A stretch of 63,714 bases of DNA, filler included, from Nemertoderma westbladi (Eukaryota > Animalia > Xenacoelomorpha): the NCBI GenBank assembly GCA_032718475.1. It is 3 parts of 3 records of this genome, joined end to end, with 100 filler letters (N's around TTAATTAATTAA, not from the genome) between each part and the next. Parts side by side here need not be neighbours in the genome. Positions count along the whole stretch, not along the records: positions 1 to 26,556 come from JAUCBJ010006366.1; 2 more parts are not named here. One strand, written 5' to 3'. The translations under genes and the position numbers were made by a program. The notes beneath the pieces were generated by a model, which ran no database searches, had not been told where the DNA came from, and worked only from the letters and a program-made list of their open reading frames with translations. Positions 9,519 through 23,221 of this stretch are shown here, piece by piece (positions within the stretch are counted from its first letter, which is position 1; every line of letters starts with the position of its first letter).

Positions 9519-12500
9519 CAGTTCGAGTGTCAATATGGTTAGAGAGTCGGTACTCAAACAGTTCGAGTGTCAATATGGTTAGAGAGTCGGTACTCAAACA
9601 GTTCGAGTGTCAATATGGTTAGAAAGTCGGTACTCAAACAGTTCGAGTGTCAATATGGTTAGAGAGTCGGTACTCAAACAGTTCGAGTGTCAATATGGTT
9701 AGAGAGTCGGTACTCAAACAGTTCGAGTGTCAATATGGTTAGAGAGTCGGTACTCAAACAGTTCGAGTGTCAATATGGTTAGAGAGTCGGTACTCAAACA
9801 GTTCGAGTGTCAATATGGTTAGAGAGTCGGTTCTCAAACAGTTCGAGTGTCAATATGGTTAGAGAGTCGGTACTCAAACAGTTCGAGTGTCAATATGGTT
9901 AGAGAGTCGGTACTCAAACAGTTCGAGTGTCAATATGGTTAGAGAGTCGGTACTCAAACAGTTCGAGTGTCAATATGGTTAGAGAGTCGGTACTCAAACA
10001 GTTCGAGTGTCAATATGGTTAGAGAGTCGGTTCTCAAACAGTTCGAGTGTCAATATGGTTAGAGAGTCGGTACTCAAACAGTTCGAGTGTCAATATGGTT
10101 AGAGAGTCGGTACTCAAACAGTTCGAGTGTCAATATGGTTAGAGAGTCGGTACTCAAACAGTTCGAGTGTCAATATGGTTAGAGAGTCGGTACTCAAACA
10201 GTTCGAGTGTCAATATGGTTAGAGAGTCGGTACTCAAACAGTTCGAGTGTCAATATGGTTAGAGAGTCGGTACTCAAACAGTTCGAGTGTCAATATGGTT
10301 AAGAGTCGGTACTCAAACAGTTCGAGTGTCAATATGGTTAGAGAGTCGGTACTCAAACAGTTCGAGTGTCAATATGGTTAGAGAGTCGGTACTCAAACAG
10401 TTCGAGTGTCAATATGGTTAGAGAGTCGGTACTCAAACAGTTCGAGTGTCAATATGGTTAGAGAGTCGGTACTCAAACAGTTCGAGTGTCAATATGGTTA
10501 GAGAGTCGGTACTCAAACAGTTCGAGTGTCAATATGGTTAAGAGTCGGTACTCAAACAGTTCGAGTGTCAATATGGTTAAGAGTCGGTACTCAAACAGTT
10601 CGAGTGTCAATATGGTTAAGAGTCGGTACTCAAACAGTTCGAGTGTCAATATGGTTAGAGAGTCGGTACTCAAACAGTTCGAGTGTCAATATGGTTAGAG
10701 AGTCGGTTCTCAAACAGTTCGAGTGTCAATATGGTTAGAGAGTCGGTACTCAAACAGTTCGAGTGTCAATATGGTTAGAGAGTCGGTACTCAAACAGTTC
10801 GAGTGTCAATATGGTTAGAGAGTCGGTACTCAAACAGTTCGAGTGTCAATATGGTTAGAGAGTCGGTACTCAAACAGTTCGAGTGTCAATATGGTTAGAG
10901 AGTCGGTACTCAAACAGTTCGAGTGTCAATATGGTTAGAGAGTCGGTACTCAAACAGTTCGAGTGTCAATATGGTTAGAGAGTCGGTACTCAAACAGTTC
11001 GAGTGTCAATATGGTTAGAGAGTCGGTACTCAAACAGTTCGAGTGTCAATATGGTTAGAGAGTCGGTACTCAAACAGTTCGAGTGTCAATATGGTTAGAG
11101 AGTCGGTACTCAAACAGTTCGAGTGTCAATATGGTTAGAGAGTCGGTACTCAAACAGTTCGAGTGTCAATATGGTTAGAGAGTCGGTACTCAAACAGTTC
11201 GAGTGTCAATATGGTTAAGAGTCGGTACTCAAACAGTTCGAGTGTCAATATGGTTAGAGAGTCGGTACTCAAACAGTTCGAGTGTCAATATGGTTAGAGA
11301 GTCGGTACTCAAACAGTTCGAGTGTCAATATGGTTAGAGAGTCGGTACTCAAACAGTTCGAGTGTCAATATGGTTAGAGAGTCGGTACTCAAACAGTTCG
11401 AGTGTCAATATGGTTAGAGAGTCGGTACTCAAACAGTTCGAGTGTCAATATGGTTAAGAGTCGGTACTCAAACAGTTCGAGTGTCAATATGGTTAGAGAG
11501 TCGGTACTCAAACAGTTCGAGTGTCAATATGGTTAAGAGTCGGTACTCAAACAGTTCGAGTGTCAATATGGTTAGAGAGTCGGTACTCAAACAGTTCGAG
11601 TGTCAATATGGTTAGAGAGTCGGTACTCAAACAGTTCGAGTGTCAATATGGTTAGAGAGTCGGTACTCAAACAGTTCGAGTGTCAATATGGTTAGAGAGT
11701 CGGTACTCAAACAGTTCGAGTGTCAATATGGTTAAGAGTCGGTACTCAAACAGTTCGAGTGTCAATATGGTTAGAGAGTCGGTACTCAAACAGTTCGAGT
11801 GTCAATATGGTTAGAGAGTCGGTACTCAAACAGTTCGAGTGTCAATATGGTTAGAGAGTCGGTACTCAAACAGTTCGAGTGTCAATATGGTTAGAGAGTC
11901 GGTACTCAAACAGTTCGAGTGTCAATATGGTTAAGAGTCGGTACTCAAACAGTTCGAGTGTCAATATGGTTAGAGAGTCGGTACTCAAACAGTTCGAGTG
12001 TCAATATGGTTAGAGAGTCGGTACTCAAACAGTTCGAGTGTCAATATGGTTAGAGAGTCGGTACTCAAACAGTTCGAGTGTCAATATGGTTAGAGAGTCG
12101 GTACTCAAACAGTTCGAGTGTCAATATGGTTAGAGAGTCGGTACTCAAACAGTTCGAGTGTCAATATGGTTAGAGAGTCGGTACTCAAACAGTTCGAGTG
12201 TCAATATGGTTAGAGAGTCGGTACTCAAACAGTTCGAGTGTCAATATGGTTAGAGAGTCGGTACTCAAACAGTTCGAGTGTCAATATGGTTAGAGAGTCG
12301 GTACTCAAACAGTTCGAGTGTCAATATGGTTAGAGAGTCGGTACTCAAACAGTTCGAGTGTCAATATGGTTAGAGAGTCGGTACTCAAACAGTTCGAGTG
12401 TCAATATGGTTAGAGAGTCGGTACTCAAACAGTTCGAGTGTCAATATGGTTAGAGAGTCGGTACTCAAACAGTTCGAGTGTCAATATGGTTAGAGAGTCG

Positions 12501-13390
12501 GTACTCAAACAGTTCGAGTGTCAATATGGTTAGAGAGTCGGTACTCAAACAGTTCGAGTGTCAATATGGTTAGAGAGTCGGTACTCAAACAGTTCGAGTG
12601 TCAATATGGTTAGAGAGTCGGTACTCAAACAGTTCGAGTGTCAATATGGTTAGAGAGTCGGTACTCAAACAGTTCGAGTGTCAATATGGTTAGAGAGTCG
12701 GTACTCAAACAGTTCGAGTGTCAATATGGTTAGAGAGTCGGTACTCAAACAGTTCGAGTGTCAATATGGTTAGAGAGTCGGTACTCAAACAGTTCGAGTG
12801 TCAATATGGTTAGAGAGTCGGTACTCAAACAGTTCGAGTGTCAATATGGTTAGAGAGTCGGTACTCAAACAGTTCGAGTGTCAATATGGTTAGAGAGTCG
12901 GTACTCAAACAGTTCGAGTGTCAATATGGTTAGAGAGTCGGTACTCAAACAGTTCGAGTGTCAATATGGTTAGAGAGTCGGTACTCAAACAGTTCGAGTG
13001 TCAATATGGTTAGAGAGTCGGTACTCAAACAGTTCGAGTGTCAATATGGATAGAGAGTCGGTACTCAAACAGTTCGAGTGTCAATATGGTTAGAGAGTCG
13101 GTACTCAAACAGTTCGAGTGTCAATATGGTTAGAGAGTCGGTACTCAAACAGTTCGAGTGTCAATATGGTTAAGAGTCGGTACTCAAACAGTTCGAGTGT
13201 CAATATGGTTAGAGAGTCGGTACTCAAACAGTTCGAGTGTCAATATGGTTAGAGAGTCGGTACTCAAACAGTTCGAGTGTCAATATGGTTAGAGAGTCGG
13301 TACTCAAACAGTTCGAGTGTCAATATGGTTAGAAAGTCGGTACTCAAACAGTTCGAGTGTCAATATGGTTAGAGAGTCGGTACTCAAACA
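9519..13390. repeat. 40-bp near-perfect tandem array (~97 copies)
   Basis: Unit CAGTTCGAGTGTCAATATGGTTAGAGAGTCGGTACTCAAA; only rare variants (1-nt deletion GTTAAGAG, ttctc, agaaag). Confidence 0.97.
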
Positions 13391-13539
13391 TGAAGATCGT
13401 GAGTTCGAGTATGATCATCCCAGTTTTCTTTAATCTGTTAAAGTAACTAGCTTCGGCGCACCCAGCTGTAATGGGAACCAAAAATGGCAATTTTTGTTTT
13501 GAATTGGAGAATATTTTAGGCTCGATAGGCCAAGGAATC

Positions 13540-15710
13540 ACTGTTCACCACCATGGATGATCTTCCACAGTAAACCCTTCCACTCTGTTTCCTAAAGGAA
13601 TGCCTGTTCACCACCATGGATGCTCTTCCACAGTAAACCCTTCCACTCTGTTTCCTAAAGGAATGCCTGTTCACCGCCATGGGTGATCTTCCACAGTAAA
13701 CCCTTCCACTCTGTTTCCCAATGAAATGCCTGCTCTGATTTTCCACAGTAAACCCTTCCACTCTGTTTCCTAAAATAATGTCTATTCACCACCACGGTTT
13801 ATCTTCCATAGTAAACCCTTCCACTCTGTTTCCCAAAGTAATGCCTGTTCACCACCTTGAGTGATTTTCGACAGTAAACCCTTCCACTCTGTTTCCTAAA
13901 GGAATGCCTGTTCACCACCATGGGTGATCTTCCACAGTAAACCCTTCCACTCTGCTTCCTAAAGAAATGTCTGTTCACCACAATGGGAAATCTTCCACAG
14001 TAAACCCTTACACACTCCTAAAGGAATACCTGTTCACCACCATGGGTGATATTCCACATTAAACCCTTCCACTCTGTTTCCCAATGGAATGCCTGCTCTG
14101 ATTTTCCACAGTAAACCCTTCCACTCTATTTCCTAAAAGAATGCCTGTTCACCACCACGGTTTATCTTCCACAGTAAACCCTTCCACTCTGTTTCCTAAA
14201 GGAATGTCTGTTCACCACCTTGGGTGATTATCCACAGTAAACCCTTCCACTATGCTTCCTAAAGGAATGCCTGTTCACCGCCATGGGTAATCTTCCACAC
14301 TAAATCCTTCCACTATGTTTCCTAAAGGAATGTCTGTTCACTACAATGGGAAATCTTCCACAGTAAACCCTTACACTCTGTTTCCTAAAGGAATACCTGT
14401 TCACCACCATGGGTGATATTCCACATTAAACCCTTCCACTCTGTTTCCTAAAGGAATGCCTGTTCACCGCCATGGGTGATCTTCCACAGCAAACCCTTCC
14501 ACTCTGTTTCCTAAAGGAATACCTGTTCACCACCATGGGTGATATTCCACATTAAACCCTTCCACTCTGTTTCCTAAAGGAATTCCTGTTCACCACCATT
14601 GATGATCTTCCACAGTAAACCCTTCCACTCTGTTTCCTAAAAGAATGCCTGTTCACCACCACGGTTTATCTTCCACAGTAAACCCTTCCACTCTGTTTCC
14701 TAAAGGAATGTCTGTTCACCACCTTGGGTGATTATCCACAGTAAACCCTTCCACTATGCTTCCTAAAGGAATGCCTGTTCACCGCCATGGGTAATCTTCC
14801 ACAGTAAATCCTTCCACTATGTTTCCTAAAGGAATGTCTGTTCACTACAATGGGAAATCTTCCACAGTAAACCCTTACACTCTGTTTCCTAAAGGAATAC
14901 CTGTTCACCACCATGGGTGATATTCCACATTAAACCCTTCCACTCTGTTTCCTAAAGGAATGCCTGTTCACCACCATGGATGATCTTCCACGGTAAACCC
15001 TTCCACTCTGTTTCCTAAAGGAATGCCTGTTCGCCGCCATGGGTGATCTTCCACAGCAAACCCTTCCACTCTGTTTCCTAAAGGAATGCCTGTTCGCCGC
15101 CATGGGTGATCTTCCACAGCAAACCCTTCCACTCTGTTTCCTAAAGGAATGCCTGTTCAACACCATGGATGATCTTCCACGGTAAACCCTTCCACTCTGT
15201 TTCCTAAAGGAATGCCTGTTCGCCGCCATGGGTGATCTTCCACAGCAAACCCTTCCACTCTGTTTCCTAAAGGAATGCCTGTTCACCACCATGGATGATC
15301 TTCCACGGTAAACCCTTCCACTCTGTTTCCTAAAGGAATGCCTGTTCGCCGCCATGGGTGATCTTCCACAGCAAACCCTTCCACTCTGTTTCCTAAAGGA
15401 ATGCCTGTTCAACACCATGGATGATCTTCCACGGTAAACCCTTCCACTCTGTTTCCTAAAGGAATGCCTGTTCGCCGCCATGGGTGATCTTCCACAGCAA
15501 ACCCTTCCACTCTGTTTCCTAAAGGAATGCCTGTTCACCACCATGGATGATCTTCCACGGTAAACCCTTCCACTCTGTTTCCTAAAGGAATGCCTGTTCG
15601 CCGCCATGGGTGATCTTCCACAGCAAACCCTTCCACTCTGTTTCCTAAAGGAATGCCTGTTCAACACCATGGGTGATCCTCCACAGTAAACCCTACCACT
15701 CTGTTTCCCA
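13540..15710. repeat. 63-bp tandem array (~34 copies) with dimeric higher-order pattern at the right end
   Basis: Unit CACTCTGTTTCCTAAAGGAATGCCTGTTCACCACCATGGGTGATCTTCCACAGTAAACCCTTC; ORF 14930..15739 has 21-aa periodicity with alternating variants. Confidence 0.95.
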
Positions 15711-15781
15711 AGTTGCCTTGGTTCCCATTTATCGACCACTGAAGGATGAAAGCCAGGGTTGGGCTAGGCTGCAGCATTTAA

Positions 15782-17463
15782 GGGGGCGGTACACCACCTA
15801 AGCGCATTTTTTACAAAAATCATTGTCGTGTGCTTCAACATTGTCAAGTATTTTCGAAAATTGGCACAATTAGAGTTGGGTTGTAGATACAACTTTTGGC
15901 AAAAAAATTTTTTCGAATTAACTATTTATAATAATTTAATAATAGTTAATATTAATAAATATTGACTATATTACAAAACCTATCTACATATTTATTTATA
16001 ATTATTTTCGCTCGAAATTTGGTGTGCATATTCTCCAAGTCATGATAAACAGAAATTGTGGTCAAATTTTTAAAATTTTGTTTTGATTTTTTTTTATAGC
16101 CAATCAAAAATTACTTTTCATTTTGAACGAAAAAATCACGAAATTTCGACATTTAACATTGAATAAAAAACGAACGAAGCTAAAAAAAAAAAATTTGACC
16201 ACAATTTCTAAAGAGTGCGTCGGTCTGGAGATACTTTCCAAATTTCAGCTCAATTCATTGAAAATTGGCGGACTAGATACATTTTTGAGGTCAAAAAATG
16301 ACATTCTGAGAAAAATGAGGTTAAAGTTTTAACCCTTTCGGTACCTAACTGTAAATTATTCAAACCCCCAAGTGCCCAACTCTAATTCATGAATTATTCT
16401 GAAGTCTGTCAGTATTTCTGTCTGTTTGTCTGTCAAGACTTTAGAAAGAATAAAATCTACTAACATTCTCGCTATGGGGGTTTTCCTTGTCAAGGATTTC
16501 ATTTCCGCTGTCAGTTTTCACTTTGACCCTATCCAGACTGTCTGTCGGTCTGTCTGTCGGTCTGTCTTTCAGTCTGTCCGTCAAAACTATAAGGAAACAC
16601 ATTAGCTAATTAAAATTCTCGCTATGGGGGTTTTCCTGGACAAGGATTTCATTTCCGCTGTCAGTTTTCACTTTTGACCCTATGCAGACTGTCTGTCGGT
16701 CTGTTGGTCTGTCTGTCTGTCAGTCTGTCCGTCGAAAATATAAGGAATCACATTAGCTAATTAAAATTCTCTCTATGGGGGTTTTCCTGGTCAAGGATTT
16801 CATTTCCGCTGTCAGTTTTCACTTTTGACCCTATCCAGACTGTCTGTCGGTCTGTCGGTCTGTCTGTCAGTCTGTCCGTCAAAAGTATAAGGAATCACAT
16901 TAGCTAATTAAAATTCTCTCTATGGGGGTTTTCCTGGTCAAGGATTTCATTTCCGCTGTCAGTTTTCACTTTTGACCCTATCCAGACTGTCTGTCGGTCT
17001 GTCTGTCAGTCTGTCCGTCAAAAGTATAAGGAATCACATTAGCTAATTAAAATTCTCTCTATTGGGGTTTTCCTGGTCAAGGATTTCATTTCCGCTGTCA
17101 GTTTTCACTTTTGACCCTATCCAGACTGTCTGTCGGTCTGTCGGTCTGTCTGTCAGTCTGTCCGTCAAAAGTATAAGGAATCACATTAGCTAATTAAAAT
17201 TCTCTCTATGGGGGTTTTCCTGGTCAAGGATTTCATTTCCGCTGTCAGTTTTCACTTTTGACCCTATCCAGACTGTCTGTCGGTCTGTTGGTCTGTCTGT
17301 CAGTCTGTCCGTCAACATGGTCTCAGTTAAAGACGTATAACTCGAGATCCAATCGAGATATGACAAAACCGATTTCAGATTCGGAATCTACATAAAATTT
17401 CACACAATATTTGGCAAAAAAATTTTTTTTCAATTTTTTGACACCAGGTGGTGTACCGCCCCC
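15782..17463. mobile_element. Non-autonomous Kolobok-like DNA transposon
   Basis: 18-bp TIR GGGGGCGGTACACCACCT (15782-15799, inverted at 17446-17463) flanked by TTAA on both sides. A TTAA TSD with GG..CC termini fits Kolobok rather than piggyBac. Confidence 0.8.
16440..17315. repeat. ~147-bp tandem repeat (6 copies) with variable (GTCT)n tract, inside the Kolobok-like element
   Basis: GGATTTCATTTCCGCTGTCAG recurs at ~16494, 16644, 16795, 16942, 17081 and 17228. Confidence 0.9.
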
Positions 17464-18752
17464 TTAAAGCACTGTGCCAAAACATTTTTTATTTTTATGT
17501 GAAAGATAATACTATAATTATGGGTGAGAATAACATATAGTGGCGGACATTGATCCCAATTTAAAAAGGTGATCTCGCTCTACCGTAAATTGGTCGCATA
17601 TAAAATTAAGTTTTGTTTATGGTTTTGGTTATAAAACACAAACACTGTAATTTGCACCTTTTCCTTAATATTTTAAATTCTTCTAAATTATTTTAAATTT
17701 AATTACGTATTCAACACAATAAACAGATATTTGTGGTCATTTTGAGCAATTAACTTCCTATAAATATTCAATTTTGTGTAAACGTATTTCAACATTAAGG
17801 TATGTGCAGGAAGTATAAAATTACGTGCCAAAAAATATATTCAGTAAATTTACAGTTAAAAATATGGAACAACAGAAATGTCTATCACATCTAGGCGTTG
17901 CATGGGAAAAAAGTTTAGTGTACAAATTCTACCAAAAAATGCACGAATTATAATTTATTTAAAATGATATTTGGTCGGACGTAAAAATACATTTATCAAG
18001 ATAATTGCCGGAAAATTAGAAATCGAAATGCAGCAATTTCATTGGTCAAAAGTTTATGATAATATGAAATGAGAGTTTCTAGGTGACCATTCATTGGCAT
18101 TGAGATTATATGAGATTTTGAAGGGTTATTATATTGATTTCTGCGACTTTGGTGCCTATTAACTTTGACGGAACCAACAATAGGGTTACGCAATAAATCC
18201 TGGAAATTCTCACGAAGTTAAACAGAGATTATATGGCTGACAATGGGGGTGGAGAAATTCATTAGGAGACAGGATTAACTAATACTGGGTGAGTACACCC
18301 CAAACAGAAGCGAAATCAATATTATATACTTAATTATTTCTTAGCCAGTATTCAGCTGCATTGTGTCGAGTCGACCAGAGTAAATTCGGGGTCGGGGGGA
18401 GTGGAGGTAATACTGAGTACACGCAAAATTTAACAATTTATAAAAAAATACGATTCTGAAAAAGGATTCCAATTTTTCACTCAATAAAAATCAGTAAACA
18501 AATAATTCGGAAAAAAATGCCCTAATCTTGTGTAATAATATAATAATAATTGAACTTTTTGTTTATAATATTTGGGGGAAAAGGCAAATGTCACGACGTG
18601 ATATTTGGAGATGATTTATTTTGAATCATTAATTATATGAGTAATGTGTCATTCATGTTCATCAGTCGTGTGAGTCGTGCATGTTAGGATCCTTGTTGGA
18701 TCCGTTAGGATCCTTGTTGAGGTAAGAATAAGTTGTTAGGTCCCGTAGTAAT

Positions 18753-21700
18753 ATATAACCCACTGTAACCAAACTGAAATGTTTAACCCACTGTAACCAA
18801 ACTGAAATGTTTAACCCTCTGTAACCAAACTGAAATGTTTAACCCACTGTAACCAAACTGAAATGTTTAACCCTCTGTAACCAAACTGAAATGTTTAACC
18901 CTCTGTAACCAAACTGAAATGTTTAACCCACTGTAACCAAACTGAAATGTTTAACCCTCTGTAACCAAACTGAAATGTTTAACCCTCTGTAACCAAACTT
19001 AAATGTTTAACCCTCTGTAACCAAACTGAAATGTTTAACCCACTGTAACCAAACTGAAAAGTGTACCCACTGTAACCAAACTGAAATGTGTAACCCATTG
19101 TAACCAAACTGAAATGTTTAACCCTCTGTAACCAAACTGAAATATATAACCCACTGTAACCAAACTGAAATGTTTAACCCTCTGTAACCAAACTGAAATG
19201 TTTAACCCACTGTAACCAAACTGAAATGTGTAACCCATTGTAACCAAACTGAAATGTTTAACCCTCTGTAACCAAACTGAAATATATAACCCACTGTAAC
19301 CAAACTGAAATGTTTTACCCACTGTAACCAAACTGAAATGTTTAACCCTCTGTAACCAAACTGAAATGTGTAACCCATTGTAACCAAACTGAAATGTTTA
19401 ACCCTCTGTAACCAAACTGAAATATATAACCCACTGTAACCAAACTGAAATGTTTAACCCTCTGTAACCAAACTGAAATGTGTAACCCATTGTAACCAAA
19501 CTGAAATGTTTAACCCTCTGTAACCAAACTGAAATATATAACCCACTGTAACCAAACTGAAATGTTTTACCCACTGTAACCAAACTGAAATGTTTAACCC
19601 TCTGTAACCAAACTGAAATGTGTAACCCATTGTAACCAAACTGAAATGTTTAACCCTCTGTAACCAAACTGAAATATATAACCCACTGTAACCAAACTGA
19701 AATGTTTTACCCACTGTAACCAAACTGAAATGTTTAACCCTCTGTAACCAAACTGAAATGTTTAACCCTCTGTAACCAAACTGAAATGTTTAACCCTCTG
19801 TAACCAAACTGAAATGTGTAACCCACTGTAACCAAACTGAAATGTTTAACCCTCTGTAACCAAACTGAAATGTTTAACCCACTGTAACCAAACTGAAATG
19901 TTTAACCCTCTGTAACCAAACTGAAATGTTTAACCCACTGTAACCAAACTGAAATGTTTAACCCTCTGTAACCAAACTGAAATGTTTAACCCTCTGTAAC
20001 CAAACTGAAATGTGTAACCCACTGTAACCAAACTGAAATGTTTAACCCTCTGTAACCAAACTGAAATGTTTAACCCACTGTAACCAAACTGAAATGTTTA
20101 ACCCTCTGTAACCAAACTGAAATGTTTAACCCTCTGTAACCAAACTGAAATGTGTAACCCACTGTAACCAAACTGAAATGTTTAACCCTCTGTAACCAAA
20201 CTGAAATGTTTAACCCTCTGTAACCAAACTGAAATGTTTAACCCTCTGTAACCAAACTGAAATGTTTAACCCTCTGTAACCAAACTGAAATGTGTAACCC
20301 ACTGTAACCAAACTGAAATGTTTAACCCTCTGTAACCAAACTGAAATGTTTAACCCACTGTAACCAAACTGAAATGTTTAACCCTCTGTAACCAAACTGA
20401 AATGTTTAACCCACTGTAACCAAACTGAAATGTTTTACCCACTGTAACCAAACTGAAATGTTTAACCCTCTGTAACCAAACTGAAATGTGTAACCCATTG
20501 TAACCAAACTGAAATGTTTAACCCTCTGTAACCAAACTGAAATATATAACCCACTGTAACCAAACTGAAATGTTTAACCCTCTGTAACCAAACTGAAATG
20601 TGTAACCCATTGTAACCAAACTGAAATGTTTAACCCTCTGTAACCAAACTGAAATATATAACCCACTGTAACCAAACTGAAATGTTTTACCCACTGTAAC
20701 CAAACTGAAATGTTTAACCCTCTGTAACCAAACTGAAATGTGTAACCCATTGTAACCAAACTGAAATGTTTAACCCTCTGTAACCAAACTGAAATATATA
20801 ACCCACTGTAACCAAACTGAAATGTTTTACCCACTGTAACCAAACTGAAATGTTTAACCCTCTGTAACCAAACTGAAATGTTTAACCCTCTGTAACCAAA
20901 CTGAAATGTTTAACCCTCTGTAACCAAACTGAAATGTGTAACCCACTGTAACCAAACTGAAATGTTTAACCCTCTGTAACCAAACTGAAATGTTTAACCC
21001 ACTTTAACCAAACTGAAATGTTTAACCCTCTGTAACCAAACTGAAATGTTTAACCCACTGTAACCAAACTGAAATGTTTAACCCTCTGTAACCAAACTGA
21101 AATGTTTAACCCTCTGTAACCAAACTGAAATGTGTAACCCACTGTAACCAAACTGAAATGTTTAACCCTCTGTAACCAAACTGAAATGTTTAACCCACTG
21201 TAACCAAACTGAAATGTTTAACCCTCTGTAACCAAACTGAAATGTTTAACCCTCTGTAACCAAACTGAAATGTGTAACCCACTGTAACCAAACTGAAATG
21301 TTTAACCCTCTGTAACCAAACTGAAATGTTTAACCCTCTGTAACCAAACTGAAATGTGTAACCCTCTGTAACCAAACTGAAATGTTTAACCCTCTGTAAC
21401 CAAACTGAAATGTTTAACCCTCTGTAACCAAACTGAAATGTTTAACCCTCTGTAACCAAACTGAAATGTTTAACCCTCTGTAACCAAACTGAAATGTGTA
21501 ACCCACTGTAACCAAACTGAAATGTTTAACCCTCTGTAACCAAACTGAAATGTTTAACCCACTGTAACCAAACTGAAATGTTTAACCCTCTGTAACCAAA
21601 CTGAAATGTTTAACCCACTGTAACCAAACTGAAATGTTTTACCCACTGTAACCAAACAGAAATGTTTAACCCTCTGTAACCAAACTGAAATGTGTAACCC

Positions 21701-22980
21701 ATTGTAACCAAACTGAAATGTTTAACCCTCTGTAACCAAACTGAAATATATAACCCACTGTAACCAAACTGAAATGTTTTACCCACTGTAACCAAACTGA
21801 AATGTTTAACCCTCTGTAACCAAACTGAAATGTGTAACCCATTGTAACCAAACTGAAATGTTTAACCCTCTGTAACCAAACTGAAATATATAACCCACTG
21901 TAACCAAACTGAAATGTTTTACCCACTGTAACCAAACTGAAATGTTTAACCCTCTGTAACCAAACTGAAATGTTTAACCCTCTGTAACCAAACTGAAATG
22001 TGTAACCCACTGTAACCAAACTGAAATGTTTAACCCTCTGTAACCAAACTGAAATGTTTAACCCACTGTAACCAAACTGAAATGTTTAACCCTCTGTAAC
22101 CAAACTGAAATGTTTAACCCACTGTAACCAAACTGAAATGTTTAACCCTCTGTAACCAAACTGAAATGTTTAACCCTCTGTAACCAAACTGAAATGTGTA
22201 ACCCACTGTAACCAAACTGAAATGTTTAACCCTCTGTAACCAAACTGAAATGTTTAACCCTCTGTAAACAAACTGAAATGTGTAACCCGCTGTAACCAAA
22301 CTGAAATGTTTAACCCTCTGTAAACAAACTGAAATGTGTAACCCGCTGTAACCAAACTGGAATGTTTAACCCTCTGTAACCAAACTGAAATGTTTAACCC
22401 TCTGTAACCAAACTGAAATGTTTAACCCTCCCTCTGTAACCAAACTGAAATGTTTAACCCTATGTAACCAGACTGAAATATGCAACCCACAATAACCAGA
22501 CTTGTGTAACCCACAATAACCAGACTGAAATGTTTAACCCGATGTAACCAACTGAAATGTGTAACCCCCATTAACCAGACTTAAATGTGTAACCCACTGT
22601 ATCCAGGCTGAAAAGTGAAAACCACTGAATCCAGGCTGAAATGTGTAACCCGCTGTTACCAAACTTAAATGTGTAACCCGCTGTAACCAAACTTAAATGT
22701 GTAACCCATTACAACTACACTGAAATGTGTGACCCAATGTAACAGACTGATATGTGTTTAACCAGATGTAACCAGACTGAAATATGTAACCCGCTGTAAC
22801 CAGACGGAAATGTGTAACCCATTGTAACCAGACGGAAATGCGTAACCCAATGTAAACATGTGAAATGTTCAATGTGTAACCTAATGTTACCAGACTGAAA
22901 TGTGTAACCCGCTGTAACAAACCAGACTGAATGTGTAACCCGATGTAACCAGACTGAATGTGTAACCCGATGTAACCGGC
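18753..22980. repeat. 28-bp tandem array (~150 copies) with ~1.1-kb higher-order repeats
   Basis: Unit TAACCCTCTGTAACCAAACTGAAATGTT; identical variant patterns recur at a 1120-bp offset (ORFs at 19398 and 20518); the right end decays over 22440-22980. Confidence 0.96.
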
Positions 22981-23221
22981 CTCTGTACTCTATAAAGGGC
23001 CTACTATCTTTCATTCACTCATCAATAGTTTTCAGATAAGATCTGCCGGTAGGTTGATGGGGTTTTAAACAAAAATTGTTAACAAAAAATACTTATAATA
23101 TTTTGTGAATTACGTTGCGCCATATGGGAATAGTTATTATTATAACATATATTCTAATATTCGTAACGAAACGAAACGAAACTTTTATAGACTAAAGTAA
23201 ATAAAGAGGGAAATAAACGAA

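Noticed and set aside
9519-13390. CRISPR-like array (also considered for the 28-, 63- and 68-bp arrays)
   Set aside because: Units are contiguous with no unique spacers, there are no cas genes, and the context is eukaryotic.
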